This document shows, in pieces, positions 9,636 through 18,841 of a stretch of 64,000 nt of DNA. Within the stretch, counting starts at the first letter, position 1, and every line of letters starts with the position of its first letter. A model generated the notes under the pieces. It did no database searches. It was given only the letters and a program-made list of their open reading frames with translations, and had not been told where the DNA came from. The DNA comes from an uncultured virus (IMG/VR IMGVR_UViG_3300028854_000017). Its lineage: Duplodnaviria > Heunggongvirae > Uroviricota > Caudoviricetes. The DNA lies in the IMG/VR virus record IMGVR_UViG_3300028854_000017; one strand, written 5' to 3'. Position numbers and translations under genes: made by a program.

Positions 9636-9823
9636 TATTGATTCCCTTCTTTTATATCCCTATCCTTGTGGTGTTTCCAGTGTTTTTTAATCCACGGCCA
9701 TGCCAAAAGACCGATAAACACATCAATCACCAGTGTTTCCACCAGCCCTACAAACAATTCGAATTGCCAGTGAGCGCCGTTGTGCAGTAATGTCCAGAAA
9801 GTTTCAGGCTGTTCAATCATCAT
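9635..9823 (-). CDS. small membrane protein
   Basis: Hydrophobic segment FELFVGLVETLVIDVFIGLLAW then basic tail; start trimmed to ATG 9823. Confidence 0.7.
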   Translation of the reverse strand: MMIEQPETFWTLLHNGAHWQFELFVGLVETLVIDVFIGLLAWPWIKKHWKHHKDRDIKEGNQ

Positions 9824-9987
9824 GGTTTCAATTCCCCACAAATCTTGCAGAATTGGTATTCGTCTCGTTTGTATTGATAGTGGGCGTATATAACTCTACC
9901 AAAAACGTCGTCATGCTCTGGAACGAATATCTTAATCAACTCAAAATACTCGTGTTTGCATTTCGATAATTCACTAAGCCATTTCAT
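9820..9987 (-). CDS. 55-aa Zn-ribbon-like protein (not in ORF track)
   Basis: MKWLSELSKCKHEY...FCKICGELKP*; ATGA overlap. Confidence 0.6.
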   Translation of the reverse strand: MKWLSELSKCKHEYFELIKIFVPEHDDVFGRVIYAHYQYKRDEYQFCKICGELKP

Positions 9988-10022
9988 GATGATTAACCAT
10001 GCGCAATATACAAAACACTATC

Positions 10023-10244
10023 TCAGAACTTCCCATTTATCGTAATTCCAAATACAGCTGTCATCGTGGCTTCTTTTATCTTGCGAATTGCCGCTGTCTG
10101 ACTTGGTCCAGATGGTGTATGAGAAATAATAACTTTACCTAAATGTGCAGCTACTTGTTGAATATGTTTAACTCCGGCTAGTTGAGACTCTGTCATTTCG
10201 TGAGTAGCGAATATATCATCAATCAATTCGATGTCTAACGCCAT
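10023..10244 (-). CDS. Acb2/Tad1-like helical hairpin (putative immune-signal sponge)
   Basis: IDDIFATH...Q.....I...A..L...I....P.GPSQTAAIRKIKEATMTA pattern. Confidence 0.6.
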   Translation of the reverse strand: MALDIELIDDIFATHEMTESQLAGVKHIQQVAAHLGKVIISHTPSGPSQTAAIRKIKEATMTAVFGITINGKF

Positions 10245-10247
10245 TTT

Positions 10248-10457
10248 TTACCTTTCATATCTTGGTTTCGAGGGGTCTATAATCCAACCCTTAGAAACAT
10301 TATAAGCACCGTCGTAACAAGCACATTCAATAGAACAATAATGCGCTCCAACGTGATCGTCTGGAACTTCGAATGTTACAGCTGCTCCTCTTGGTTCATC
10401 ATTTTCATGATGTTTCCTGCGAGAACAGCACCACGGATTAGTACATATAACTTTCAT
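10248..10457 (-). CDS. small Cys-rich hypothetical protein
   Basis: CTNPWCC and YCSIEC motifs. Confidence 0.65.
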   Translation of the reverse strand: MKVICTNPWCCSRRKHHENDEPRGAAVTFEVPDDHVGAHYCSIECACYDGAYNVSKGWIIDPSKPRYER

Positions 10458-10780
10458 GCTGTGTACTTTTCCATCATCGCTGTAATATCAGAAAGCTTAA
10501 TCTTCCCTGATACTTCATCGACAACCTCACAATTCTTATATAAACGAACGGTGGGCATCTTTTTAATCCCCATCTCTACTGCCTTACGAATGTTCACTCC
10601 ATTCGTCATATGATACTTGGCGAATGAGAATTCTCCAGTGTGTTCTCGTGCTAGCTTTTCAAACGTAGGAAGAAGTGCTTTGCATGGAGCACACGTCTTG
10701 GAATAGAAATCAATCAATATTAGAGACTCTATTCCTTCGATTATTTCTTCTATGTTGTTTGCATCCAGTGTGAGCATCAA
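10454..10780 (-). CDS. thioredoxin
   Basis: LIDFYSKTCAPCK active site and MPTV cis-Pro motif. Confidence 0.85.
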   Translation of the reverse strand: MMLTLDANNIEEIIEGIESLILIDFYSKTCAPCKALLPTFEKLAREHTGEFSFAKYHMTNGVNIRKAVEMGIKKMPTVRLYKNCEVVDEVSGKIKLSDITAMMEKYTA

Positions 10781-10977
10781 TTAACCTTGTCTAGAAGTTC
10801 CCGACAGATAACCTTATCTAAGAGTTTTCTAGCTTTCATCGCAGCATTTTCAATTGCTTTCGCATACTCATCTTCGTAATTGCCGGGGCCGAGAGATATT
10901 TTTCCATTGCTGAGGCCATAAATTCGGTCGAGTTCAGCTTTAAGCTTCTTGAGAGTGGTTTCTTTGCTATCGAACAT
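10777..10977 (-). CDS. hypothetical protein
   Basis: 66-aa ORF in operon. Confidence 0.6.
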   Translation of the reverse strand: MFDSKETTLKKLKAELDRIYGLSNGKISLGPGNYEDEYAKAIENAAMKARKLLDKVICRELLDKVN

Positions 10978-10979
10978 AT

Positions 10980-11261
10980 TTATTCATCCTTCAATGATTG
11001 ACCTAGTTGATAAATCCAAGCATTCATCACATCATCCAACGTAAAGCCTTTTTCGATAAGGCATCTTTTAAGCAAAGGAGCGTTCTTGATGTATGCACAG
11101 GTCGCGACAACATTGCCATCTTTGTCGACTAGAGCTATTCTTTCTTCAGATGACGGCCTAAGTTTCAACGTCGGTTCTGGGGGAGTGATTTTCTGCTTCG
11201 TGTTCTCAGCCAATGAACAAGTAGCAAACATAACTAGCAAAAGTAAGATACTCAGTTTCAT
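10980..11261 (-). CDS. secreted hypothetical protein
   Basis: Start revised to MKLSILLLLVMFATCSLA (signal peptide), 18 nt downstream of promoter motif. Confidence 0.7.
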   Translation of the reverse strand: MKLSILLLLVMFATCSLAENTKQKITPPEPTLKLRPSSEERIALVDKDGNVVATCAYIKNAPLLKRCLIEKGFTLDDVMNAWIYQLGQSLKDE

Positions 11262-11279
11262 TGTTCCCTTTCGTATTTG

Positions 11280-11290
11280 ATTATACCCGG
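11280..11290 (-). promoter_or_regulatory. CCGGGTATAAT promoter motif
   Basis: Exact motif. Confidence 0.8.
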
Positions 11291-11332
11291 ATATTTCCTG
11301 TACTAGACTCTCCATCTAGTACAGGAAATAAA

Positions 11333-11632
11333 CTAAAGTAGTTGATCTATGCGTCCCTTCAAATCAACTATCCGCAATTTATTGGCAGCGTTACGAGCCT
11401 CAAGGTCTTCAACAGATTTTATCAGCCTTAATTTTCTTTCCTTAATCTGGACTAGCTTTGGGTCACAGACGTGTGGGAACCATTCAGTGTTTGGGTAGAT
11501 TGGTCCTTCTGGGTAGGTGAATGAATTATGACCAAATTCTTCGCCCATTCTGCAAATCAATGCATTACAGTTTTCGCATTCGTGTGGACCGTAGTAGATA
11601 ATTTTGCTGTTTCTAAACGTAAGTGTACTCAT
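11333..11632 (-). CDS. hypothetical protein (Zn ribbon + coiled coil)
   Basis: CENC...HVC; AAGGAG SD. Confidence 0.7.
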   Translation of the reverse strand: MSTLTFRNSKIIYYGPHECENCNALICRMGEEFGHNSFTYPEGPIYPNTEWFPHVCDPKLVQIKERKLRLIKSVEDLEARNAANKLRIVDLKGRIDQLL

Positions 11633-11682
11633 TGTTTCTCCTTAGTGCGTAAGTAATTTGTTACATTTGCAATGTACCTGGA

Positions 11683-11994
11683 TTAAAAGTCTCTATTTCC
11701 AAGGACATACAAATCAGATGAAGTCTTTAGATTAAGACCACCAGCAGAGCCAGTAATCACAAATGTATAAGGACCAGCCGCTGTTGGGATACTGGCAGAA
11801 GGTAGAGCGGCATTATAGTTGCCCGGAGTTCCTTCCACATCAGCAAACGTAATCGTCGCCAACACAGTTCCTTGCGGGTTCACGACAGTACCTGTAAGTG
11901 AAGCTCCTGTAATTGGGCTTCCTGTCGAGCCGGTTAAACCTTCCACAGTTATGATTTGATCGTTGTTTTGGTATGCCGTAATCTTGCTTCTCAT
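11683..11994 (-). CDS. small beta-rich (Ig-like) protein
   Basis: ITGASLTGTVVNPQG...GNYNAAL...AGPYTFVITGS. Confidence 0.65.
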   Translation of the reverse strand: MRSKITAYQNNDQIITVEGLTGSTGSPITGASLTGTVVNPQGTVLATITFADVEGTPGNYNAALPSASIPTAAGPYTFVITGSAGGLNLKTSSDLYVLGNRDF

Positions 11995-11995
11995 G

Positions 11996-12127
11996 TTAGC
12001 TCTCCGTCACCACTATCTTCGAAACAATCAATGCCGGATTCGATATCACAATGGTTGCTGTCAATGCAGAACATTTCAGTCCTGCGACGTTGAGTGATGG
12101 TTTCGATACAACAACTGGTGGCATCAT
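11996..12127 (-). CDS. 43-aa hypothetical protein (not in ORF track)
   Basis: MMPPVVVSKPSLNV...KIVVTES* fills the gap exactly. Confidence 0.5.
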   Translation of the reverse strand: MMPPVVVSKPSLNVAGLKCSALTATIVISNPALIVSKIVVTES

Positions 12128-12391
12128 TTAAAACTCCAATTGCTTCTTGGTCCTATGGCACCACCGGCAATAGCTCTTTGGATGAGGACCATCGTCGGTG
12201 TCTATCATATCCTGCACAAAGTCGTGTGGTTCTGGCGTTCTGAGACATTCAGGAAACATTTCTAGTGTTGTCCCACAGTCTATGCAACCATTACATGGAT
12301 ATGGAGGCATTGATCCGTATGCTGTTTTTGAACCACACTTGCATCTATAATATTTCACGTTACGCCTCGGTATGTATCTAAATCCAATCAC
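12128..12391 (-). CDS. Cys-rich hypothetical protein
   Basis: CKC, CIDC and CRWC motifs. Confidence 0.65.
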   Translation of the reverse strand: MIGFRYIPRRNVKYYRCKCGSKTAYGSMPPYPCNGCIDCGTTLEMFPECLRTPEPHDFVQDMIDTDDGPHPKSYCRWCHRTKKQLEF

Positions 12392-12404
12392 ATCTCAAAA
12401 AAAA

Positions 12405-12659
12405 TTATAACACTCCATTATCTTCAGCGACATCAAAACGAGCATTGCATCTCATTAATTCTTCGCTGAAATCATCCCAAATAGCTCTGTCGCATTCTTC
12501 CGAACAAACAGCGTTGTCTAATGTGATTGAAACCCATGCTGTTAGAGAATGGCACCACATACATTCCTTTGGGATGTCTAAACCCTTCCATATACAAACA
12601 CCAGGTTCCTGATGTTCGAAATCAAATGGGGCGTCGGGAAATTTATCATCGTACTTCAT
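12405..12659 (-). CDS. acidic Zn-finger hypothetical protein
   Basis: CMWC...CSEEC. Confidence 0.65.
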   Translation of the reverse strand: MKYDDKFPDAPFDFEHQEPGVCIWKGLDIPKECMWCHSLTAWVSITLDNAVCSEECDRAIWDDFSEELMRCNARFDVAEDNGVL

Positions 12660-12931
12660 TGTTTATCCTTGGTTCTATTCGTGGCTTCGCTTCTACGATA
12701 CTTATGAAGCATTAGGCATATGTCTTCAACCAAAAACGGCTTACTTTCCGTCGCTTCAATGATGGATTCCGCCATCACTACTGTCGTCCTACCAAACTTC
12801 TCAACGATTTCCAACCGCTCACGATATTTGTTATCACAAGGGAGACAACCGCATCTAGGCTTGTGTATCGCTTTGTACTTCTGAAAATACTGGCATGGGT
12901 CTGGATTCATTACTGTAATTTTGGATGACAT
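12656..12931 (-). CDS. hypothetical protein
   Basis: 91-aa ORF with SD. Confidence 0.6.
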   Translation of the reverse strand: MSSKITVMNPDPCQYFQKYKAIHKPRCGCLPCDNKYRERLEIVEKFGRTTVVMAESIIEATESKPFLVEDICLMLHKYRRSEATNRTKDKQ

Positions 12932-13112
12932 CGGCTACCTCTTCTGGAAAGTTATTATATAAACAGCTTTTACAAACATTTTCCATAACTCTGGTGGTTC
13001 CATCTATGGTTGTTACACATGCGAACGGTATATTCTTGTTGCAGCAGTGACATTTCTCATTAAGTGCAATTGGGTTTACATACGTGTAACCGTCGTAATC
13101 CTTGCAGTTCAT
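12855..13112 (-). CDS. Cys-rich hypothetical protein
   Basis: Start revised to MNCKDY; CHCC...CKSC. Confidence 0.55.
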   Translation of the reverse strand: MNCKDYDGYTYVNPIALNEKCHCCNKNIPFACVTTIDGTTRVMENVCKSCLYNNFPEEVADVIQNYSNESRPMPVFSEVQSDTQA

Positions 13113-13126
13113 GGGATTTCCCCTTA

Positions 13127-13612
13127 TTAATTCCACCCCTTGTTGTACGGAAATAGCCGTAGATGTTTCTTCATACCAATTAACACCGCTGGAGCTGGAT
13201 TAATCACCATTCTTCTTCGCTTTATATATGCTAGAGCATCCTCGAGTGTTTCAAACTTACCCAACGAAACAAGAATAGCAGCTGTCAATGAAGGAGAACG
13301 ACTAATTCCTGCATGACAGCAAATCATCAATGTTCTCCCTTCATTAATAGCTCTCTTCCCAAACCATTCAGCGTGATGAAATTTATCTTCAGGCATCTCG
13401 TATCCATCATCCCAGCCAACGTTGGTTGTGAGGATGTCTGGATTATGTTCTAAGATTTCTGGAGTGCAATTGATGGCGTCTGTGATCTTATTATGTCCGA
13501 GGCTGGGAGGATTATGTTCACGCAGTTTGTCTAAACCATGCAAATTTCCGATCACTAGATTTGGCGTAATCCAAGAGTATGGGTCGGTTCCAAATTGGTT
13601 CGGAAATATCAT
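13127..13612 (-). CDS. dual-specificity protein phosphatase
   Basis: CHAGISRS (CX5R) loop, upstream acid loop GWDD, RRMVINP. Confidence 0.85.
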   Translation of the reverse strand: MIFPNQFGTDPYSWITPNLVIGNLHGLDKLREHNPPSLGHNKITDAINCTPEILEHNPDILTTNVGWDDGYEMPEDKFHHAEWFGKRAINEGRTLMICCHAGISRSPSLTAAILVSLGKFETLEDALAYIKRRRMVINPAPAVLIGMKKHLRLFPYNKGWN

Positions 13613-13641
13613 AAAAATCCTTTGGTGTTGCCTTGATTATA

Positions 13642-13935
13642 CTACCCTGTATACGCTTCAACCAGTATTAATTTCCAAACCCCAGCGCCAATCTTAGACA
13701 ATGATTTCATTTTAGTTGATGCCCAATTGGGAGGTTCGTCTTCCCAATGCCTAGCACAAGCCTTAAGAATCGGGATAACGATTTTCTGTTTATCCGCTGT
13801 GTCCCAAGGTTTGAACTCGTTGTCGCCAGCCTTCCAACTCGTAGATTCAAGAGTCAACACATATTCATACTCAGAATCTGCATATGGTCTTGGCTGACCA
13901 CCACGTATACAATCTATTGTAAATCTTGTCTTCAA
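13642..13935 (-). CDS. hypothetical protein
   Basis: 97-aa ORF, TTGA overlap. Confidence 0.6.
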   Translation of the reverse strand: MKTRFTIDCIRGGQPRPYADSEYEYVLTLESTSWKAGDNEFKPWDTADKQKIVIPILKACARHWEDEPPNWASTKMKSLSKIGAGVWKLILVEAYTG

Positions 13936-14426
13936 GGTATGTACCTCGCAAACAGCTCTTCAACCTTCTTTTTTGTTTCTGGTGCGAAATGAATGTCTTG
14001 TTTGTTCTTCGCATACCAACCACTAAGACACTTCCACTTTCCATTGATAGTTCTGTTAGCACCCATCCAATCGGCGAACAATTCTAAGATATATTTGTCT
14101 GGCATCTCGAGAATCTTCACCTTTCCGTTACCCCTAAGTATCCATCCGTTCCAATGATGCGGGTTGTGGTTATAGTGGTGAAGCCATGCATAATCAAAAG
14201 CTATTTCCATCTCAGAACATTCTTCGCAAAGTTTACCATCCACCTTACATCCATGCTTCTTTACTACGTAGAAGTGATTAACATATCCACTCCATTCCGA
14301 TGGTGTGAACTTAGACCAGTCGTGGATAATAAGCTGCCAAATTGGACATTCTACCTTAATGCCAGCTATGAACACGAACCATTTATGGCGAATTAGATAA
14401 GATAGGTAAACTAAATGCTTTTTCAC
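13932..14426 (-). CDS. DUF5662-like HD-type metal-binding protein
   Basis: HKW, HDWSKF.PSE, AWLHH..HNPHHW, ADW.GA. Confidence 0.75.
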   Translation of the reverse strand: MKKHLVYLSYLIRHKWFVFIAGIKVECPIWQLIIHDWSKFTPSEWSGYVNHFYVVKKHGCKVDGKLCEECSEMEIAFDYAWLHHYNHNPHHWNGWILRGNGKVKILEMPDKYILELFADWMGANRTINGKWKCLSGWYAKNKQDIHFAPETKKKVEELFARYIP

Positions 14427-14791
14427 GATAGCTGTAATTCTCCTTCGAATGGCAAGTCCATCTGTCCGCGGCGATGATTAATCAGGTCATTTATGGTTCC
14501 GTTCTTATGCAGGTCTGAACTAGTCGTGAAATCCAACCAATCTTCTTCATAAAAGCTGCTAAGCCCAGCAGACTGTACCATTTTGTCGAAGCATTTCTCG
14601 CACAACAACGCTCCAAACCTAACGCCATCTTTAGAACTCCAATATCCAAATGAAGCGCTAATTGGGTATACATTGGAGGAGTCGGTTATAGAACATCCCA
14701 ATTCTTTAGCAGATGATGATCCACAGCTGTCGCAAATGACGTCTACAACCACTTCAACTTCTCGCATTTCCTTATTACGAATAAAACCCAT
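14423..14791 (-). CDS. Zn-ribbon hypothetical protein
   Basis: CDSCG...FGYWSSKDG...LCEKCF. Confidence 0.7.
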   Translation of the reverse strand: MGFIRNKEMREVEVVVDVICDSCGSSSAKELGCSITDSSNVYPISASFGYWSSKDGVRFGALLCEKCFDKMVQSAGLSSFYEEDWLDFTTSSDLHKNGTINDLINHRRGQMDLPFEGELQLS

Positions 14792-14792
14792 T

Positions 14793-15149
14793 TCACCACA
14801 ACTTTCCTACATCTTTGTTTTGGTATTCGCCTAGAGTGAGTGCTATCGGCACAGTGCTTTTCAATGTTAAAGCGTTAATACGGTAATTTCCTTCTTTAGT
14901 GCGATTAATCGTCACCCAAGAACGATCTGGAAATTTGAATGTGATTGTATGCTCGGGTTCAATTTCTTGAATCTTGAGCTCATGACCGTAATATTGCTCA
15001 GGTGAGAACTCTAGATAAGCTCCGTACTGGAACACTAATATTCGCAAATAACCTTTGGCTATGACTGAACCGTTTTCCGTCATAAACTCTAACGGTCTGC
15101 CATCAGATTCAAGCGGCAACAACATTCGATTCTTAAAGTCTTCCAACAT
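14793..15149 (-). CDS. hypothetical protein (probably leaderless mRNA)
   Basis: ATG 6 nt after TATAAT; IAKGYLRI....YGAYLEF. Confidence 0.7.
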   Translation of the reverse strand: MLEDFKNRMLLPLESDGRPLEFMTENGSVIAKGYLRILVFQYGAYLEFSPEQYYGHELKIQEIEPEHTITFKFPDRSWVTINRTKEGNYRINALTLKSTVPIALTLGEYQNKDVGKLW

Positions 15150-15155
15150 GTACGA

Positions 15156-15166
15156 ATTATACCCGG
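15156..15166 (-). promoter_or_regulatory. CCGGGTATAAT promoter motif
   Basis: Exact motif in a 20-nt intergenic gap. Confidence 0.85.
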
Positions 15167-15169
15167 AAA

Positions 15170-15514
15170 TTAGAACAGCGAATCCAGGTATATATCCTTT
15201 CTAAGCGATGGTTCCCCGAGCATCTCTATTAGCACTTGACAATGGCATTCTAGAGGCCAGCAGTAACATCCCAAAGCACACCCACGAAGAGCTTCTAGGC
15301 TTTCCATGATGATAGATTGCTTTGGTGCCCATCCACGATAAGAAACTATCGAGTCGTGCCGTGTAGCAACCCTATAGATGGCCTTAGTTCCTTCCATATG
15401 GGAGAATGGATTGCCAAATACTGAACCTCTTCCACAGTACCTATACAAACCTTGCTTTTCGTACATGGCAATCAAAGCTTTGTCTTTATGGATGTTGAGA
15501 ATGATAGTGTTCAT
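15170..15514 (-). CDS. DUF4326-like protein
   Basis: YCGRGSVFGNPF...LGCYCWPLECH. Confidence 0.8.
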   Translation of the reverse strand: MNTIILNIHKDKALIAMYEKQGLYRYCGRGSVFGNPFSHMEGTKAIYRVATRHDSIVSYRGWAPKQSIIMESLEALRGCALGCYCWPLECHCQVLIEMLGEPSLRKDIYLDSLF

Positions 15515-16269
15515 CGAATCTGATTCTTCTTCCAGTTTTCTATAAACTTTGTGAGACTGGAAGTCATCTCTCTAGACAATTGCTGTTTATCGAGATTTCC
15601 ATCGAGAATGGATGGAAATGAAGGAAGACCAGCACACTCCCTGTTTCTGTCTTTTGGCATAGTCCACGGATACATCAAAAGATAAGGAGCGTGTCGGACC
15701 TCATACCAGAAACCATCAAGTAATTCGAAGAAACAATGCTCTCCTCTGCTAGGCCAAATAGTGTGTTCCCTATTCATCCATCTTTTCTTCTGTTCCTGTT
15801 TGCGATTGCGAGGATTGTTATATTTTAGCTGTTTTGTTTTAGGATGAACGTAGAAACCATCCACTGTAGGGCGGCTGTAAGCAGAAAGATAAACAGGAAC
15901 TTTGCTACCTTCCTCAAAGAAGGCGTTCATCTCTACAAGATTTTCCTTCACATGTTTTATGGCGTTAGCTCCGGTACGAGTACGTACATCAAAACGTTCC
16001 CGTAATTCGCTATAAACATCATCCCAGGGACGATCAAGTTGCTTCTTAAGCCATCCGATGAGCGGACGATAATTACTATCGTGGTACTTGGCGTTACACC
16101 CATACAGACGACGGCGTCCACCAAGACGAGTGGTCAAATCATCGAATTCGTTATCTTCTGATGTGTCGATTTTCTTTCCGCTTATTTTGAAACGTGTTTT
16201 TACAGTCTTAGTGCGAGGACTAAGTTTTCCTTGTTCGTTGATAACTTTGCCGATATCTTTACGCATCAC
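15511..16269 (-). CDS. basic hypothetical protein
   Basis: 252 aa; PL..WL..Q..RPWDDVYSE...FYVHPKT. Confidence 0.75.
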   Translation of the reverse strand: MMRKDIGKVINEQGKLSPRTKTVKTRFKISGKKIDTSEDNEFDDLTTRLGGRRRLYGCNAKYHDSNYRPLIGWLKKQLDRPWDDVYSELRERFDVRTRTGANAIKHVKENLVEMNAFFEEGSKVPVYLSAYSRPTVDGFYVHPKTKQLKYNNPRNRKQEQKKRWMNREHTIWPSRGEHCFFELLDGFWYEVRHAPYLLMYPWTMPKDRNRECAGLPSFPSILDGNLDKQQLSREMTSSLTKFIENWKKNQIR

Positions 16270-16706
16270 TCACTCATTTCGTTAGAAGTTGTGTCTATGG
16301 TGTGAATGGGGTAGTACATCACCCTAACCACACCATCTTTAAGCATCTTCAAACGTTTGGCACACCCTACAGATACATCCAAAATTCGTTGCTTAGACAT
16401 TGGTCCACGGTCAGTTACTTCTGCGTCCACTGTCAGCCCATTCTTCAGGTTAACAATCCTTATCATGGTTCCAAAAGGCAACGAACGATGAGCTACTGTC
16501 AATCCATCTGGGTCGAAATGCTTTCCATTAGCTGTCTTTCTTCCAGCTCGTTGCGTTCCATACCAAGAGGCAAAACCAACACAAGTATCGTGAACGCCTT
16601 TTTTTACAGCGTTCTTCGTTTTGTGAATCTTGACTATTGCACACTTTGCAGCTAACGATGGAAAAGAAAGCAGTAGGGTGAGTAGCAATACTATGGGTCT
16701 TTTCAT
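16266..16706 (-). CDS. RlpA-like DPBB lytic transglycosylase, secreted
   Basis: Signal peptide; ASWYG...TANG..F...LTVAHRSLPFGT...VTDRGP...RILDVS. Confidence 0.9.
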   Translation of the reverse strand: MKRPIVLLLTLLLSFPSLAAKCAIVKIHKTKNAVKKGVHDTCVGFASWYGTQRAGRKTANGKHFDPDGLTVAHRSLPFGTMIRIVNLKNGLTVDAEVTDRGPMSKQRILDVSVGCAKRLKMLKDGVVRVMYYPIHTIDTTSNEMSE

Positions 16707-16747
16707 GATATTGTCGCTCCTGTTTTTCTGATTATACCATCGTCTTT

Positions 16748-17206
16748 TTAGTCAACCCAAACATGCGTGATCTTGTGATAGAAGATATGTTTGGAGATTT
16801 TGTTGTAGGTGTTATCATCAATTTTGTTCACGATGGTTGCACGAACCTTACCACGAAGTATAACCTTGGCTTCCACTTCAGTACCGTAAGAAAAATACTT
16901 GATCTTGGCATTCTTCGGAAGCTTCTTAGCGTATTCATAATAAGCTGTACCATTGACGATTGGTGCATCGCCGATGAGAACCCAACCTATCTTTGGTCCA
17001 TCTGTTACAGGTGATGCCGATTCGTCAGAAGAATCATACTTCTTTTTTGGTTTCACAACTTCTTCTACGTATGGCTTAAAAACAGGAAGTATACTGAGCT
17101 GAGATTGTACACACTTCATCATCTGGTCTAAGATGGAACGGTCCTCAACTCCAGCTAAGAATTGTCTGAACCTAAACAATTGAGCTGTTTTTACTTCATC
17201 TGTCAT
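16748..17206 (-). CDS. hypothetical protein
   Basis: 152-aa ORF with SD. Confidence 0.7.
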   Translation of the reverse strand: MTDEVKTAQLFRFRQFLAGVEDRSILDQMMKCVQSQLSILPVFKPYVEEVVKPKKKYDSSDESASPVTDGPKIGWVLIGDAPIVNGTAYYEYAKKLPKNAKIKYFSYGTEVEAKVILRGKVRATIVNKIDDNTYNKISKHIFYHKITHVWVD

Positions 17207-17208
17207 TA

Positions 17209-17661
17209 CTATTTCCCTTCGTTACACCGACATTCAGCTTTTGTTTCCCCACACGTGACGCATTTGTCTTTCGTAGATGGTGTCCCTTGGTATCTATCAA
17301 CAAGGGGTTTCTTTGGTTCTTCAACGGCATGTTTTGGTCGGTTAAACCTAACATCGTATGTTTTTTGCTTTAGGATGCGTAACTTAAAGGGGGCTACCTC
17401 AATTCCTGCCTGAACAAGCAAAGGTTCCAAGACGAGGTCTCTAAACTTCTTCTCCATCAGCTTATTGGGCATATTTGGCATCCCAACCATTTCCGACGTC
17501 TCAATTAAAGTCTTTCCACCAATTCGATAGACGGATACCAGCCCAACCAAGCTTACTTGGCATATGGTCGGTTGAACAGGCGTTATATCGTCACTTCCTA
17601 CTTCCCAAATCATATTTATGACACCCGCATTTACAATCTTCCTCGTGGCTATCCATCGCAT
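17209..17661 (-). CDS. hypothetical protein (true start probably MIWEVG)
   Basis: C-terminal CVTC...CRC; first codons overlap another small ORF. Confidence 0.6.
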   Translation of the reverse strand: MRWIATRKIVNAGVINMIWEVGSDDITPVQPTICQVSLVGLVSVYRIGGKTLIETSEMVGMPNMPNKLMEKKFRDLVLEPLLVQAGIEVAPFKLRILKQKTYDVRFNRPKHAVEEPKKPLVDRYQGTPSTKDKCVTCGETKAECRCNEGK

Positions 17662-17755
17662 CGTCTAATGTGTCGTTGATAAGCATTTGAGCTACAACAC
17701 TTGCACAACCGGCGCAATAGCTGTATTCGTCAATCAATTCCCGTTCCAAATTCAT
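17591..17755 (-). CDS. 54-aa Cys-rich protein (not in ORF track)
   Basis: MNLERELIDEYSYCAGC...DCKCGCHK...RK*; ATGA overlap. Confidence 0.55.
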   Translation of the reverse strand: MNLERELIDEYSYCAGCASVVAQMLINDTLDDAMDSHEEDCKCGCHKYDLGSRK

Positions 17756-17925
17756 CCTAGTATCACCATTTCAAATTCTTCAAGCTGTTGCAAAAATTTA
17801 GTCCTATACACGTATATCGGAATTATGCCATCTGTTGTCGAAGTTAATGCCTTGTACCATAAATCAAACGCGTCTGCGACACACTGCAATCTCACAGCTG
17901 CTTCTTCAGCTTTATTTTTCATCAT
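17752..17925 (-). CDS. 57-aa hypothetical protein (not in ORF track)
   Basis: MMKNKAEEAAVRLQCVADAF...MVILG* fills the gap. Confidence 0.55.
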   Translation of the reverse strand: MMKNKAEEAAVRLQCVADAFDLWYKALTSTTDGIIPIYVYRTKFLQQLEEFEMVILG

Positions 17926-17926
17926 A

Positions 17927-18166
17927 TTAACCCTTCATCTTGTGCATCTTCTGTTCCAACCCAATCATCAACGCATTCAAAACCTGACGATTGTAGCTTA
18001 ATTTGCTGACATACAATGCAGATTTTGGATTTACAGGCCCAACAATCATGTTCATACGATACGCATAGGCTTGTTGAAGTATTTGCCTATAGTTCGCCAT
18101 ACGCATCATAAACTTATCAACACTGTCTGATATTTGTTCGACAGTGACTGGATGATCGTTAAGCAT
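17927..18166 (-). CDS. hypothetical protein
   Basis: 79-aa ORF in operon. Confidence 0.6.
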   Translation of the reverse strand: MLNDHPVTVEQISDSVDKFMMRMANYRQILQQAYAYRMNMIVGPVNPKSALYVSKLSYNRQVLNALMIGLEQKMHKMKG

Positions 18167-18404
18167 TTGGGTTTACATCCGCTCGTTCCAAGAATGTGCA
18201 TTCCAAGAAGAAATCAAATCGCCCTCTTTTAACAACGTTGTAAGTCCGCTCGCCTTGTGGTTTGAATAAGTTACCTTCAGCCAATTCTGATGCTAATGCC
18301 TTAGCTTCATCACTGAGCACGTCTTCTTCGCTTCGCCCGCTTATCACAACCTTCAAGATTGGTTTTGGGAGTTCGATAAAATTTACGCTGTATATATCTG
18401 TCAT
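18159..18404 (-). CDS. hypothetical protein
   Basis: 81-aa ORF, ATGA overlap. Confidence 0.65.
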   Translation of the reverse strand: MTDIYSVNFIELPKPILKVVISGRSEEDVLSDEAKALASELAEGNLFKPQGERTYNVVKRGRFDFFLECTFLERADVNPNA

Positions 18405-18628
18405 GATTTAAGTAGATTCCTATTCAGTTTTAGACGTTGTTGAATGCGATACATTGCTTTAGCAACTCTTTCTTCCGCTATCTCTACCAAGAGAACCTCT
18501 TCTACCAAACGAAGCATCTTTAAACTTTTTTTCGTTTCTGCCATGCTCAAGAATAGTGATGTTAGATTATCCGATGCTTTGGATAAATTAGCTTCTTGTG
18601 TTTCCTTGCTAATCAATGCAAACTCCAA
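18401..18628 (-). CDS. hypothetical coiled-coil protein (start uncertain)
   Basis: Only a TTG start; in frame with the upstream 57-aa ORF across one TGA. Confidence 0.5.
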   Translation of the reverse strand: MEFALISKETQEANLSKASDNLTSLFLSMAETKKSLKMLRLVEEVLLVEIAEERVAKAMYRIQQRLKLNRNLLKS

Positions 18629-18661
18629 TAAATCATCATGCGTGAAAAACTTTTCATCATC

Positions 18662-18835
18662 TCAAAACGTAACCGAGCTAATTATGGCCGCTGAAGCCAT
18701 CCAATAAATCACCATACGCCAGTTATACTCATACCCATATCTTACAGCAGCGCACAGACTTAATCCCACTAAAATAGTGGGGAACAATTTGTCGCTCTTT
18801 GCAGCAACGACGGCGATACGAATTAAATTATGCAT
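18662..18835 (-). CDS. 57-aa two-TM membrane protein (not in ORF track; probably leaderless)
   Basis: MHNLIRIAVV...FPTILVGLSLCAAVRY...WRMVIYWMASAAIISSVTF*; ATG 6 nt after TATAAT. Confidence 0.7.
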   Translation of the reverse strand: MHNLIRIAVVAAKSDKLFPTILVGLSLCAAVRYGYEYNWRMVIYWMASAAIISSVTF

Positions 18836-18841
18836 AGGCTT

